In this document: positions 22,683 to 37,802 of the stretch, one piece after another
How positions within the stretch are numbered: the first letter of the stretch is position 1
How the letters are laid out: every line of letters starts with the position of its first letter
Assembly: GCA_010909165.1 (NCBI GenBank)
Contig: MU008191.1
Coordinates: 574,377-638,376, forward strand
Direction of reading: 5' to 3'
Source: Anthoceros angustus
Lineage: Eukaryota; Plantae; Anthocerotophyta
DNA length: 64,000 bases
Notes under the pieces: generated by a model
What the model was told of the DNA's origin: nothing
What the model saw: the letters and a program-made list of their open reading frames with translations, nothing else
The model's database searches: none
Position numbers and translations under genes: made by a program

Positions 22683-25665
22683 AAAACAAGTGTAAACCTG
22701 TGAATGGTTAAGGACTCCGCTGAGGTCATCACCGCAAAGGGGCCCGATCTGGCCAGCTGCTTCTTCCCCGGTCCCGCTCTCCCCCCGTACACTCCATACC
22801 CTTCCGGGACCACGGATAACGTAAAAGCTGGCCGCGCCCCGGTCCCCTGTGCGCGCCCTGGCTGTGGAGGAGCGGCCAGCCTCGCCTGACATTCCCAAGA
22901 AGATCTCCAAATCCGCGAAAACAGCTTCTGTACTCCGCCGACACCAGCTGCTTATAGAATTATCCACGGCTAACCTCGTCGTCACACAAGGGCTCCAGTC
23001 CATACCAAAGATGAAGCCGCTCCAAATGTCAGGTTAGGTTATTCCGCGCTTTCCTGTACACGCAAGGACGGCTCATGCATTCCAGCCTTTAGCGGCAACG
23101 CTCCCGCACACCTCACCCTTCCCATGTCCGTACGTGCTGTGTCGTCCATGGAATTGCTATGCATACATTACAGTATTCCAGGCTGTGCCGTGCTCCTTTT
23201 GTCCATTCCTCCCAAACACAAAGCTGAATGTGCACACTCGCAGAGCACAGCCAGCGGTTCCATCTCCCCGCGCGGCTCGTGAGCGTCGAGCATCAGGACA
23301 GCAGCAGGCCGCGAAGCTGCCTCGGCATCCATGCGGCATGCCGCCCGCGGCTCTTGCATCTTCAAATATTAATTTTCATGTTTCAAAATCGTTTGTTTAA
23401 TGTGTGTCAATGCAGGTGTGACATACGTGGGAGCCATCTAGTGTTGCGGCACGTCGCGAGCCATTCGGTGTGACTGCGACTGACATGCTCCCATCGCGGT
23501 GGCCTCCACGATGGGTGGGAGCCTTCATCCGGCGGTGACGGGTCGCCCAGGGGACCAGCCGCGGCCGGGGCCGGGGCCGTGATTTCGGAAGGTAAACCAG
23601 TTACCAAACCAGCAGAAACTGTTCCTGTTCGGTAGAGTAAATACTGGCCTATATGTGTGGGAACGGGGCGAGTCACATTTAGAGGTCGAGTTTGTGCGCG
23701 TAGTGCCTGCCACCTTCTGCTTCCCTTGCTCCCTTGCCTTTGCCTTTTTGCCTCTCCTTTTCCGTTCTCGGGCGCTCGGCTTTGCTCGGCCCGGCTCTGC
23801 TGTTTGCTTTCTGCGCTGGCTCGCGCGCGCGCGCTCGCTCGCTGGCTCCCTGCCGTCTTGAATTCTCCCTTCTCTGCTGCGCCGTTCGCGGGCGCTGTGA
23901 GATTGCGATCGTGTGAGGCATCTGTGTGGGGCGAGGCGGCACAATTCGGCGCAATTCTGGGGCCGCGCAAGAGTTGCGATGCAGGCTGTGGCGTTGCTGT
24001 CGTTCTGTGACATTGGCTTACCGTCCTGTAGTGTGAACGTCGTGGTACCGCCGGATCTGCTGCGCTGATGCATGTGGAATTGGTGTAGCCATTTCTGCGG
24101 TGGCTGAATCCTGGAGTGCGGCGCGTTTTGGTTTGGCTGGCTGGCTGGCTGGGAGGAGGCTGTGGATGCTGCGGTCGCGTGCCGGGGGGTTCGAGAGTGG
24201 TTGGATCGCGGCTTTGGTGTAGGGGTGTGTGCGGAGCGGCTGCGTCGCAAGATTTGCTTGGTTGTAGCGCGCTCTGGCGGCAGCTGCAGGCAGACGGTCT
24301 CTTCGTATCAGAGGAGCTGCGTGCCGGTTTGCCTGGGCTTGTGTGGCTGTGAGGAGCGTGCCTCGCTCTCTTCTGTCGGTGATCTCGTTTGTCTTCGATT
24401 TCGGCATCCGGAACACGACTGCTTGGTGAGTGGAGGTTGCGGTTTGTTCTGTTTCGGGCTGGCTGTGTGTGGGGTTTTGGTTGGTGAGGAGGCGGAGGGC
24501 CGTGGACCGGCCATGTAGGTAGCTAGGTTGGGGGAGGGAGGGGGGGGCGGTGTGAGGGCGCGGCGCTATTGCGTTTTACTTGCTGTGAGCTGTCGCGATG
24601 CGCCGGCGCTAGTTTGGTTCAAGTTTGGAAGGTCGAGGACCGTGTGCTTTGGGGTATTCGGTGTGTCTGCGGTGAAGGACTTGCAAGACTGTGGAACTAA
24701 ATTGAACTCCAGGTTTTCGGGAGAGAATGTGGAGAGTGGAGAGTTCTCATTTAGGGTTTTGGTTGTAGTACATGGTATATCCATTTGGAGTATAGATGGT
24801 TGTAGGCACAACATGTTTGTAGCTGCTTCTGGCCTGGGGCTTGTTCTCTATGGCTGGGTGCCCTTGCGCTTATGTTTGTTATCTTTAACTGAGCAACTGC
24901 TTGCCGCGCTGGGCTCAGCTTAGGTTGCGTTCTCTAACTCGTTCTGATGTGTGTTTGTGTTCCAGGTTCCAGTGTTGGCGAGCTCTTTCGTTGGTTGGGT
25001 ACCCGATTGCTTTGAGGTTTGATACATCACTCTGGCAGCCTCTTTAGCCCCTCGTGTCCGCACCTCTTCGCAGGTGTGGGGGAGAGCTGGAGTGTGTCCA
25101 GCTCTGAGTGCCCCTCAGAAAGCGAGGCACTCCCAGGTTTGGAGGGCCTGCCGCATGGTACAGGGTGTAGCAGTGGACTACGGCTAAAATAAGGTGGTTC
25201 AAGATGTAAGCTCATGTGTGTGGAAATGTAAGAGATAAAACTCACTTAGACTGTTGCTACTAGCAGAGTCTATCGATGTAGATATCTTATACCCTGGAGA
25301 GGAGGGTGCAAGCTATGTCACTGCAGCCGGGGCTGTCATCCTTTGAGTCTGTTCATCTGTGCTGGTGGTGAATCCTAGTGAGCTGTCACGTGGGGATGGT
25401 TTGTGCAACCCTTGTTACTCCAGCTATGATAGTGGCTCCCTGTGGGTTCTTCCGGCGCTCCTGAGTGGAACAGGGCGAGGTGAATACTGATGCTGGTCAT
25501 GTTTCTCACTCTCAGCCAAGCACTCCCTCTGCGATTTGGAAAATTGTCAGTAGGTTTGGAGTTCTGTGCACGTTTGATTTGTTTGTGCTAGCTGGGTCCT
25601 CCTAGGCTGTCTCAAAACACGGGGAAGTGAAGCTCTGCAACCTCGGAACTGAGGATCCAAGTGAG

Positions 25666-28436
25666 ATGGCTAGGATGTCTTGTCTACCTATATTTGGGTG
25701 GAAGCATAAAGGAAAGGTATGCAATTCTTAATGCTTTTGATACCTCATCAGCATTCCTAGACGGAGGAGTTTATTGCTCAGCAGGATTCTTCGTTTTCCG
25801 TTTTCCATGCAGGTTGTTGAGGCAGTCCCGATGAGGGTCATGTCACAGTGGGAGGCATGCAGTCCTATCACTTCTCCAGCAAGTGAGGATGCAAGCGCAG
25901 ATGCAAGTATGGGCGTTCAGGAGAATTTATCACAGGTGTTGTCCGCCATCGAGCTGCCCACCCAAGGGAACAGGGTGCTTGCATCAATGGAGGCCAGCAT
26001 GGATGAACCAGAGGTACATGGGCTTGACGCTCTTGCCGGACCGCTTGCATCAATGGAGGCCAGCATGGATGAACCAAAGGTACATGGGCTTGACATTCTT
26101 GCTGGAAAAGCAGACTATGAAGGTGAACTGCTGGATGACACAGCTGCCAGCGTGGATAATCATATTAAAGAGGCTTACCCATGTTCTGGTTCCACTCACC
26201 TTGCTCGTGGTAGTGGGCAAGATTATGGTGGAAGTTTGCAAGGTTATCCATCTTGCCTGACCGAAGGAAGCCCTTCTGAAGCGGGTCACTTGACGGTTAG
26301 TGATCCAGGAACTATGCCAGGTGCCAGACAGCAGTTACAGGATTTTGGGCGTAGTTGCTCAGGTGCATTTTCAGAGATGAAGCCATCTGAAGAGAATGAG
26401 AGCTGTGGACATCGTCTCAGCGATTACAGCCTTAACTCGGGATTGGTTGATGGGTCTTATGCACCAACTGAAGCCCTGCTCCAAGCTCATGAAAAATTCT
26501 CATTTGCGGTCAGGACTTCCACATCAAGAAGACTTGCGCAACAAGGATTTGCTACTACTAGGTCTGAGGGTTCTGCTCGGAGTGTGGATGATGGAGTCAT
26601 GTTTGGTATGGGGCCTGTAGGTCGTGGAATGTCCGCACCACCGAAAAAGCCTTGGTGGAAGGTAACTTTGAGAGCCCATCGTAGTGTTGCTCTTTCTGCC
26701 AGCAACCAAGCATCAAAGTCGCTGTGTGTTTCACAAGCACCTGAGAAGACTACTGCTCCTTTGCACCAACTTGGTTTTTATGGATCGGACGGGGATGACT
26801 GTGGAGGTATTGTTTCCCCACCGTCTGGGAATGATGCTGGCCTGTGTCGGAGTGGAGGAAGTGTAACAAGCTCTGGAGATGTTTCACCGGTGCAAACTGC
26901 TCATGTTGAGGATGTCATTGAGCAAGTCCCTGCTGGGATAGCTGATGGGGTTGCCATGGACGCTGGAACCATCAATCGTGCTTGGCCTTATTCTCCCTCT
27001 CATCTTGACGGTCTTCAAACTAACAGCTCTTTCGTGTTTCCTGGAAAGAAGCGGGTGGAGGAATGGTTTGCAACTGTTGATCTCAGTGTTCCTTCTGAAG
27101 AGGAACTGCCGTTCACAGATGTCATTTCCCCTAAAAAGCAGCCAGACTGCACTGAAGATCTTGCAGGAAGACAAGTTAAGGAGAGTACTGTACGGTCGTC
27201 AGGTCAGTCAGAGGGTCCTCTCGACGTGGACATGGCATTGGCTGTGGCTGCAGCCCGGGCCCTTCATTCGTTGGCCACAGTGGCACACTATTCTGGTACT
27301 GGGCTGAGGATTGTTCCCCCTTTTGGGCAGTTCACCTTACTGAAGACAATCAACTTGTCTTCTAATTCCCTAGGTAAAGTTTCCGACTGGTGCGCTTTTT
27401 TCTTTTTGACTTGTTATAGTTTTTATGCAATGGTGGAATTAAATACATGCTATTGAATCGATTATTGCAGTTCGCATTCCTTCTGGTAGTTTTCCCAAAA
27501 GCGTCCACTGCCTGGATTTGTCTCGCAACAAGATCGTTGCCATCGAAGGGCTGCGCGAGTTGACAAAACTTCGAACTTTGAACTTGTCATCGAATCGCAT
27601 AACTCGGATTGGGCATGGTGAGTTCTGACCCGCTATTGTGTAACTGCAATCCATCATCCAAAGTTGCTTTACTTCATTGCAAAAGGCTCAAGACCGTTGT
27701 ACTTCTCTTCTCAGGTTTGGCGCATTGCACTTCACTCCGGGAGCTTTATCTAGGAGCAAACAAGATCAGCGAAGTCGAAGGCCTCCATCGTTTGTTGAAG
27801 CTGACTATATTGGATGTGAGCTATAACAAGGTGGCAGAAGTTGCGGGACTTAATCAGCTTGCAGCTAATTATCTCTCTCTTCAAGAGCTGAATGTGTCTG
27901 GGAATGGGCTGTGCAAGAATATGGGGGAAGAGCAGCTGAGAAAATTCATCGGTGGTCTTTGCCCGAGTGTTATCTACTTGAACAAGCAACCCCTGAAGTC
28001 TTTCACTAGGGGAGAAGGTGTGACGAAAGTAGGTTCTTCCACTGGGCATCATGTCCAACGGGGAATGAAGTCAAGCAACAAGGTGGCAAAGAAAGGAGGT
28101 AGCGTGCAGATCGCCCCCGGACACAAGAGAACTGGCAGTGGGGAACCCTCGAAGACATCCAGCCATGGCGGTATCATGCCTAGCCAGGTGGGTCAAAACG
28201 GTAAGAGTCATGGGATCCTGACCTCATCGCGTCATCGACAGGGCCACGGCCATGGCCATGGCCACGGTCACGGCCACGGCCACCACCACAACCATCATCG
28301 AGACAAGCGCGGGAGACGGTCAGTGGAGTCAAGCCCGGTCGTCCACCTCGAGGCTTTCGATCCTCGAGATCCTGTTCCTCGAATACAGAGCGACGGTGCC
28401 CTGAATCATCAGGATGTGACTGCGGAAGCTTCTTAG
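25666..28436 (+). CDS. LRR protein of the At4g03260 (MASP1)/At1g78230 'outer arm dynein light chain 1-like' plant family, 4 coding exons (25666-25716, 25813-27373, 27471-27617, 27715-28436), ~826 aa
   Basis: MARMSCLPIFGWKHKGK first exon, RVEEW, TVAHYSG.GLRIVP, then SDS22-like LRRs (LDLSRNKIVAIEGLRELTKLRTLNLSSNRITRIGHGLAHCTSLRELYLGANKISEVEGLHRLLKLTILDVSYNK..LAANY..YLNKQP). 2481 nt in frame. Confidence 0.9.
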
Positions 28437-28832
28437 GAAGTAGATGGGAGTTTATCATTAGTGTGGCAGTTCTGTGTGGGTGGATTTGCTTTTAGAGGTT
28501 GCGGCCTTCGTGTGCCGCTTTACTGTCAAGCGCATCAAAGGCCTTTAGTCTGTTTTACAATTAGTGGTTATACATCTATGTTATTACCGGTATAGATAGG
28601 AAAGTGTGTTATTTCTACCAGTCGAAAATCAGTCATCCCCCTGGATTGACTAAAACCCTAAAAACCCTGGATTTCGATATCTACAAGGCCCCCTGAAGTC
28701 AATCTTGCCGCAATTTTACCTTCTCGATCAAGCCCTGACCTTGCCCTAACCCGGATTTGCCTGTCCCAGATTAGCCTGCACATGCAACAGAGAACGGTAA
28801 ATCCGGGTTTGATCTTGATGGACGTCAGTTAC

Positions 28833-29280
28833 GTCTATGGAAGGTCGATCCAATTACCAATTATCTAATGTGTATTCAAGGCCATTTGATTAGATGAGGG
28901 CATCTGTACCCTCTATAGTTTGTTATATGAGGGCATCTGTACCCTCTCCATTGATTTTAGTCCGGAACTCATTGCTGGACTAGTATCACAAACTGGTTGT
29001 GGTACTCTTCTTCTTCTCTCTGTTGCAGGTCTTAGGTTCTTGTCCCAGATCTCTGTTGCAGGTCTTAGGTTCCTGTTCCTGTCCCAGATTAGCTTGTACT
29101 GCACCTGCAACTGAAAATGTAATTTCATCTCTACCGCAAAAGAAGAAGAGAGTTCACCACAACCAGTTTGTTTGTGATTCTAGTCCAGCAATGTGTTGAG
29201 GACTAAAGTTAGTGTAGGACAGTGTGGATACCCTCAGATGGCCTTGGATAGACATATACTTGGATTGACCTTCCATAGAC
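28833..29280. repeat. Imperfect fold-back inverted repeat (MITE-like or hairpin locus)
   Basis: 28833-28905 (GTCTATGGAAGGTC.ATCCAA..CAAGGCCAT..GAGGG) pairs with 29224-29280. 28966-29013 (CATTGCTGGACTAG.ATCACAAACTGGTTGTGGT..CTCTTCTTCTT) pairs with 29140-29197. Confidence 0.75.
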
Positions 29281-30816
29281 CTTAAATACTGTACTCTCAC
29301 GGCCACTAGCCAAGCTGATCAACAAATTTGCACGGACATGACCAAGCTGATCAATTTGTTGGTTAATCGTATCCATCAGTCCACCCGCTCCTCTCAGGAA
29401 CAAAGTTGGCTGACCAGATTTGCCGGCACAAAGTTGGCTGACCAAGTTAGCTTGCACCTCAGATATGAAGTTGCCTTTACACAACAGCTGCCTCTGCCTC
29501 AAATCTGAAGGGCATGAAGTTACCTCTGCACAACATCTATAAAGGTCACCGTCGATTCCCTTACCAAGAAACACCATTCTAGGCATCAATGCCTGCAGTC
29601 CCACAGCAATTGTTAAACCAACCATCATGCCACATCGCTCACTCACTCTCTTCATCTCCGTGCCCTTCTCTCCTGCACCCAAAAACACTAGACTTCCTGG
29701 CATGAATGCCGCCCCTGCAGGAAACCGACCCACCTTAAACTCCCATCCCATCCCATTCCAGCACCAAGAACCGACCACCGCCTACCAGGATAGGGGGAAA
29801 TGGCTGCGCTCTCTGCGAGTGGGCTGAAAGCAGATGTGGAACTCTAGTCGAGCGTGCAAGAAGGAGATGATCACCTTGGCTGGCAGGGAGGAGGTGAGTC
29901 GCCCAAGGCGTTGAAGGGGATCATTTCCCTCTCATGAAACTCGTCCACCCAAAAAGATCACCCAGAAAGTTGTGGCTACATGACATCGAACAGAAACCCG
30001 CAACCCAACCAAGATAACATCTTTAGGCCAGAAACCACCTGAAACAGATCTGAGGTACTGCTGTCTTCTCTTCTCTTCAGCGTGAGCAACTGATGACCAG
30101 CCAGCCAAGAAACGTTCAGATTTGTCAACAGACTGCTACGAAGCACAAGCGTTGAGGTGCTTACCAAGCGCACCGACGAAGTGTTGGGACCCAAGAAGCC
30201 ACTCGAGAGCTCTGGAGTACACCTGCCACAATCCCAAACCCTAAATCCTCAAGAGCCCAAAGTTTAGTTTCCGTGTGGTGGTCCAGGTCCCTCTCTCTCC
30301 CGACTTCGCCGCGCCACTCCAGCGAGGTGGTGGGAACATGTGGAACACTTTTGACAGCTTGCCAGGTGACCCGGTTTCATGGAAGCGTTCGGTAAATGCG
30401 CAGATGCCACTCGTTCTTTTGGGTCACTCAGTGGCGTATTCGATAACTAGCTTCATAATACCTCTAATTCGCAATCTTTTCTGACGGGATTCTTGCGGGG
30501 AAGATTCATCAAAGTAGTAATCAAATGATGGATAAATAAGCGGTGTTTGTCATTCCAATGACTCAAATGTTAGATGTCAGACGAAGGACAAAAATGGCTG
30601 GAGGCGTTAAGATCAAAGGTGAACCAGCTCACGCGGCCTGTGTGCAGCGGAGGATGCGAAGAGGCCGTCCGGGATTAAGCACGACGTACGTACCTTGGGT
30701 GAAAACGAGAAGACACAGGCAACAACAAGCACGGGCTGCACGCAAGGTTCATGCACATTGCTGCATCCGGGATCTCAACTACAGGGTTGGTTGATCCGAT
30801 CCTGTAACCCTCCAAA

Positions 30817-33067
30817 ATGCAGCAAGAGAGCAGGGGCAATGCCCTTCTTAGCTCCTCTACCGGGACCGGCAGCATTCACGACCGGTTTGCATCGAAGCAA
30901 TTCATGGGCGGCGGGTACAAGCGGGAGAGCGTGGTGGTGATAGTGGATGCGGCGGAGGAGGTGCTCACCTTGGATGGTCTGGAGTGGGCCTTGTTGAACG
31001 TGGTGCATCCTGGGAGGAACGAGCTGATTGTCCTGGGAATTCTCCACGAGACTCAAGATTTCTCCTTCCTATGGGGAGGCCTGCTCAAAGGTAAGCTTGC
31101 AACTGCAAAAAGGGCGTTGGAAAAGTTGAGCTCGCTTCCCGACTCCTCCTTCTCACTTGCCAGATTCGCTTGTCTCGGGCACGCGTGTGACAGTGACCTG
31201 CTGCGCATCACGGAGTGCCAAGGCCAAACAGCTGAACCAAAAGATCAACCAGAAGCTGGAGGCCTACCATTTGACTCTGCAGCAGTCCGAGGTGCTGCGG
31301 GAAAAGGATGGGGTGAGTGTCCTTTCGCCTTCGGCCAAAGGCACGGCTCTACTTTCTCCTCGAGTACTTTCTCCCAGTTGCTGAGTTGCTGTTTCGAGTT
31401 GCGTCAGGTTGGTGTTCTCCAGGCTTCTGATGTGCTTGGGATTGTGGGTGCTGTCAGGTGAAAGTGCATATCCGGATCACAGCTGGATTCAGTCCACTCC
31501 ACTCCATCGCCGTGCAAGAGACCACGGCATTAGCTGCATCGTGGGTGATTCTCGACAGGTGAGTCCGTTGGTTCCCTGGCTCCACCCGCGCAGACTAGCA
31601 GCTGAGACCTCACTGCAGAGCCCTCACTGCAGAGCCTGATCCAGGACCCTGAAGACGCACCGGAGGTACTTCTCGGAGCAGATGACCTGCAATGTCGTGC
31701 TCATGAAGAACAAGGTGGACGCTGAAGTGCTCCGGATCCATCAGCAGCAGCAAGACTTGGGCAAGAGCCCGATGTCCATGGGGGACATCTCCCTCGAGTC
31801 CATCCTCCTGGCGGACACCGGATTCCACACCAACGACGGACTCCCCACGCCGGCCAGGGCCAGCCCAGTCTCCACCCGCGCCAGTAGCGGGCCAAGGAAT
31901 TCCAATGTGCAGAATCCCGGGTACCCAGTATTCAAGGGGGAGGCCGCGCCAGTCCTGGCTCCTGGGCTCCTGGCCAACGCCTTGAGCTTCCACACCGTGG
32001 ACCCGTCCTTCGAGGTGTCCTGGATGGACCCGGGCCCCGACCACCACGGACCCCTGTCCAAGACCATGGAAAGAATGGACTCCGACATAGATTGCAGCTT
32101 CGCCTCCATATCCCCCGCTTCGAGACCCGCCACTCTGGCGCAAGCTGTGAAAAAGAGGTTCACCACGGGACCCGTGAGAGTGGCCGACGAGCCTTACGAC
32201 GCCTCCGCCACCGACCTCCACTCGGAATACGAGGAAGAAGCAACGGACATGGAGGAAGGCCACGACCCCACCACCCCCCGGCCTTTCAAAGCAGCGCAGG
32301 CCCCGGCACCGACAACTCCATCTCCCACAGTCCCGCGACCAGCAACCACCAGTCCGGACGACGGCTACGCCTCAGATCTCTCCTCCCATTCCGACTTCAG
32401 CAGCGACTTCGGAGGCAGAACTCCCCGCGCCCTCAGCAAGCTGGTGCAAGATCAGCGCCAACCGGGACTCGAGAGCCGCATCACCAGCAGATTCAGAAGC
32501 GACTGGATTCAGGACGCGCATCATAGCGAAGAGGACGACGACAACGACAACAAGTCCTCCTTTCCTCCCAGCCTTGACCACGGCGCCATCGCAGCGACAT
32601 CAGCTATGGAGCGTCACCAACGACGAACTGCAAACCCTAACCCTAACCCTAGGGGGGCTCCCACCTCGCCCGGTTCCAGCTCCTCGTCCGCCAGCTTCGC
32701 CAGGTCCACCAGCTTCCCGCCGAGTCCCTTGGTCCCGACCCACGCCCCGAGTTCCTCCAACAACTCGCCCAAGCCGAGGCTGGTGACCGGTTACCCGCAC
32801 CTGTCGCAGAGTCCGGGGTCCAGGGCGGGCAGTCGCCTGTCCGCCAAGCCCAGCCCTGCTGTTTCCCACATGTCTCGCCACTCCTCGCATTTGCCGTCGT
32901 CGTCGCCCGCCTCCTCGACCCGGTCCAGCCGGTTGTACCAGTCACCAAATCAGTGGAAACGGGACCAAAGCCAAAGCGGAGGTACTTCTGGAGACCGGGA
33001 AGCTTACCCCAAGATGCCAGCCCCCCCGCTTCTGAGCCCTCCCCGGTTTGAGCAATTTGAATTCTAG
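30817..33067 (+). CDS. USP-like (adenine-nucleotide alpha-hydrolase fold) N-terminal domain protein of the type normally fused to RLCK kinases, with a long Ser/Pro-rich tail and no kinase; 4 exons (30817-31090, 31164-31312, 31458-31558, 31645-33067), ~648 aa
   Basis: VVVIVDA..LEWAL.NVVHPG..LIVLGIL and ASWVILDR.LK....F.EQMTCNVVLMK match the N-terminal domain of the 'SELMODRAFT_444075-like' kinases. 1947 nt in frame. Confidence 0.75.
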
Positions 33068-34441
33068 CTGCAATCCTCACTTCCATGCGCAATCTGCCAT
33101 ATTACCCAGCTTCGAACCCCTTCCAACAAGATCTTCATACATACCTCTTCAATCGGCCCATCTCCGCCTTTGGATCCCTACCCATCAGTATCATACCCAC
33201 CATTTCCGTAAGAGTGTTCAGCTTGAACCCAATGTATCTTATTAGTGTTAAAGCCCCACATACATGTAGTTGCTTATGTTTCAGTAGCATGCAATCTTGA
33301 TATCGACAGATAGTCCAGTCTTTATGAAGGGTAAACATCCTATGATTTGTGTCCGGAGGTACATACGTACATATTTGGAAAAATTGTGCAAAACAACATG
33401 ACAAGCTGATGGAGGAGGGCTGTAGCATTGCGGGAAATATCATGGCTTTGTACCGTTTTCATCCATAATCACACGACATAGCGTGCTTCGTGGCTGATCG
33501 GAGCTTCCACTTTGCCGGAGTTTGAGAGTATTTGCTGTGGTTGCTTGTTTTGGAGGTTGGGGGTGAACCTTACGACGAGGTGAAAGGACACGACACCGTC
33601 ATAAGTTCGAGAAAGGATAGGCCTATGGCATGGCAGGAAACATAGAATATCGAGACACCCGGGAAGAACTTTCATGTCCAGCATACACGTGGGAGGAGCC
33701 AAGTGGCATGATTATCCAAGGGCCACCCGAGAAGGTGCAGGTGCCCAAGAAGCCCGGGGATCAGGAGCCCGTGTATTTCAGCCGTTCCAGCCCGACTTGT
33801 GTTGCCTGTCCTGTTGCTTGCAGGCGTGTTGCTGCATCAGCAGAGGCAATTTGGAGTGGATGGAATTCTCGGTACTGTTCTGGTTCATCTATATATGCGG
33901 GCATGCCGGTGGGGTATGCTCAGCGCCTGCTGATTCAGCCTCTGCCTTTGCCTGTGCCTCTGCCTCTGCCTGTACCTCCGCTTCTGCCTCTGCCCGTGCT
34001 GCCAGCTTCGCCTGGGGACGTGCTCCACCGTTGGAACGCGTGGGCTGCCGCCGGAGGTGTTTGAGAAGTGAGCCTGCTGCCTGTGACCGGCCTTTCTGGG
34101 GCTTGACGCTGCTTGGGGTTCGCTTCGCTTCGCCTCGCCTCGCCCTCCCCTTTCTGCTCCCCTTTGAGCTGCTCTGTGCTGCTGCCCTGCCTTTATGGGG
34201 ACCCGATTGATGCTGAGGGCCCGGGGTGCTGTTGGGGATTCGCCAAGCTCGTGCTGTGTGCGCTTGCCTGAAATAAGTGCACCTGCCTGATAGCGTGTGA
34301 GCCACATTCTGGGTCCTGTTGGTGTGTGAGAGAATTTCATTGCTTGTTGCAGCACCTGGCTTGTGCACTGGTTGTGGGCACTGTTTGTGGGTGGGGGATT
34401 TGCTGCCGGGGAGGTGAGCGAAGTTGGGTCAGCTGTTCTGA

Positions 34442-36454
<2,013 letters not shown>

Positions 36455-37802
36455 CTGCGTTTGCAGCTTCCAGAACGCACGTCCACGGCTGTCCGAAACT
36501 CGCCCGGTCACCAATTTTGACGTGACAGACACCAATGGGGAAAGGATGATATGATTCATCAGCCTTCGACGATGCAGTAGCAGGGCCACTTTCTGGATTC
36601 CTACCTTGCTTCTACGTTTTGTCGAATTCTTGCCAAGGTAGTGATTCTGGAACAAGGTTCCTGTCATTAGTCGCCGTTTGTCTGAAAACTCGAATTCGAA
36701 GAAGTCCATCAGTTCGTCGTGTAATGAGAAAAAAAACTTTGCGTGCACTACTCACTGCAAGCTTCGGCTTCGTTTTACTGCTCCTCGATTTGAAGGCGAG
36801 GAGCTTAAAGAAGCTCTTGTCTCTTGATCCCAACGATGATGCTGTAGATCAGGTCTGCATCTCTTAGAATAGATATCAAGGAAGAGAACGTGATTTCTTT
36901 TCATATTGGAGTGAATTTCGCTTGCCTGTGTTCTAGTTGAGGAATGTGTGTAATCTAGCCCAGCGTGGAAAAGCTTGCAACTCCACAACCTACTTTTGTG
37001 GGTGACCACGGCTCCAGCCTTTCATCCAGACAAACCCTCTGTAGAAACACTTCTCATTTCATGTTTTTGGTCTAAAGCAGGTTCCATTTAGCATCAATTG
37101 AAGATCCACGGAAGGCAATTACATGGTACGATGAGTAGCCAACGCTATGATGTGGCAAAGCAATCTTGATCCACCAAATGAGATTACCTATCAATGCTAC
37201 GTTTTTCTTAATTATTCTTCCTAGTTCACTGGAATCCTGCACACCGGGCATCGGTGTAGACGGGAGCTTGATTACCTTCTAGTGGGAAGTTGTACCCCTC
37301 CACTGGGAGGAGACTAGACATGCAAGTCGACCGAGCATTATCTGCAAGAGGAGGCGGAGAATTCTCTGCACCTCCTCTGGATGGGCACTCAGCATGATAT
37401 CGATAACTATCTACAGGAGAAGGCTGAGGATTGTCTGCAGCAGGATGTAGAGGATGCTCTGCATTCTCTGCAAGAGGCAGTGCCTGAGGCTGAGGATTTT
37501 AGGAGGGAAGAGGCTGAAGATAATATTGTCTCCAAGAGGCTGAGGATTGCCTAAAAAATAAAGAGCAAGGAAGAGGATGAGCATGATTTATCCGCCGAAG
37601 GCCATACGTGCAGTGGAGGAATCTCCGCACAATCACATCTACCTTAGAAGAAGAAGAATTTATTGAAGTCCACCGACGACAACTTACGTCACGGGACAGA
37701 ACTTTGATGACCATAACATGGATGTCATACAAACTTTCTTAGAGGACACTTTGGGCGGATGAAGCTCTCAAGCCCTCCTGCTCCTGGCGTCCGTGGCGCA
37801 AC

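Noticed and set aside
23400-25600. Many overlapping GC-rich ORFs (e.g. 23525-24250 minus)
   Set aside because: Low-complexity translations typical of a GC-rich promoter, 5' UTR and leader introns of the LRR gene.
32632-32652. Telomere-like AAACCCTAACCCTAACCCTA
   Set aside because: Only ~3 units, lying within coding sequence (NPNPNP). Not an interstitial telomere array.
33630-34368. ORFs over the (CCTCTG/CCTGTG)n tract upstream of GDH
   Set aside because: A simple repeat in the probable GDH 5' UTR and leader intron, with no domain evidence.
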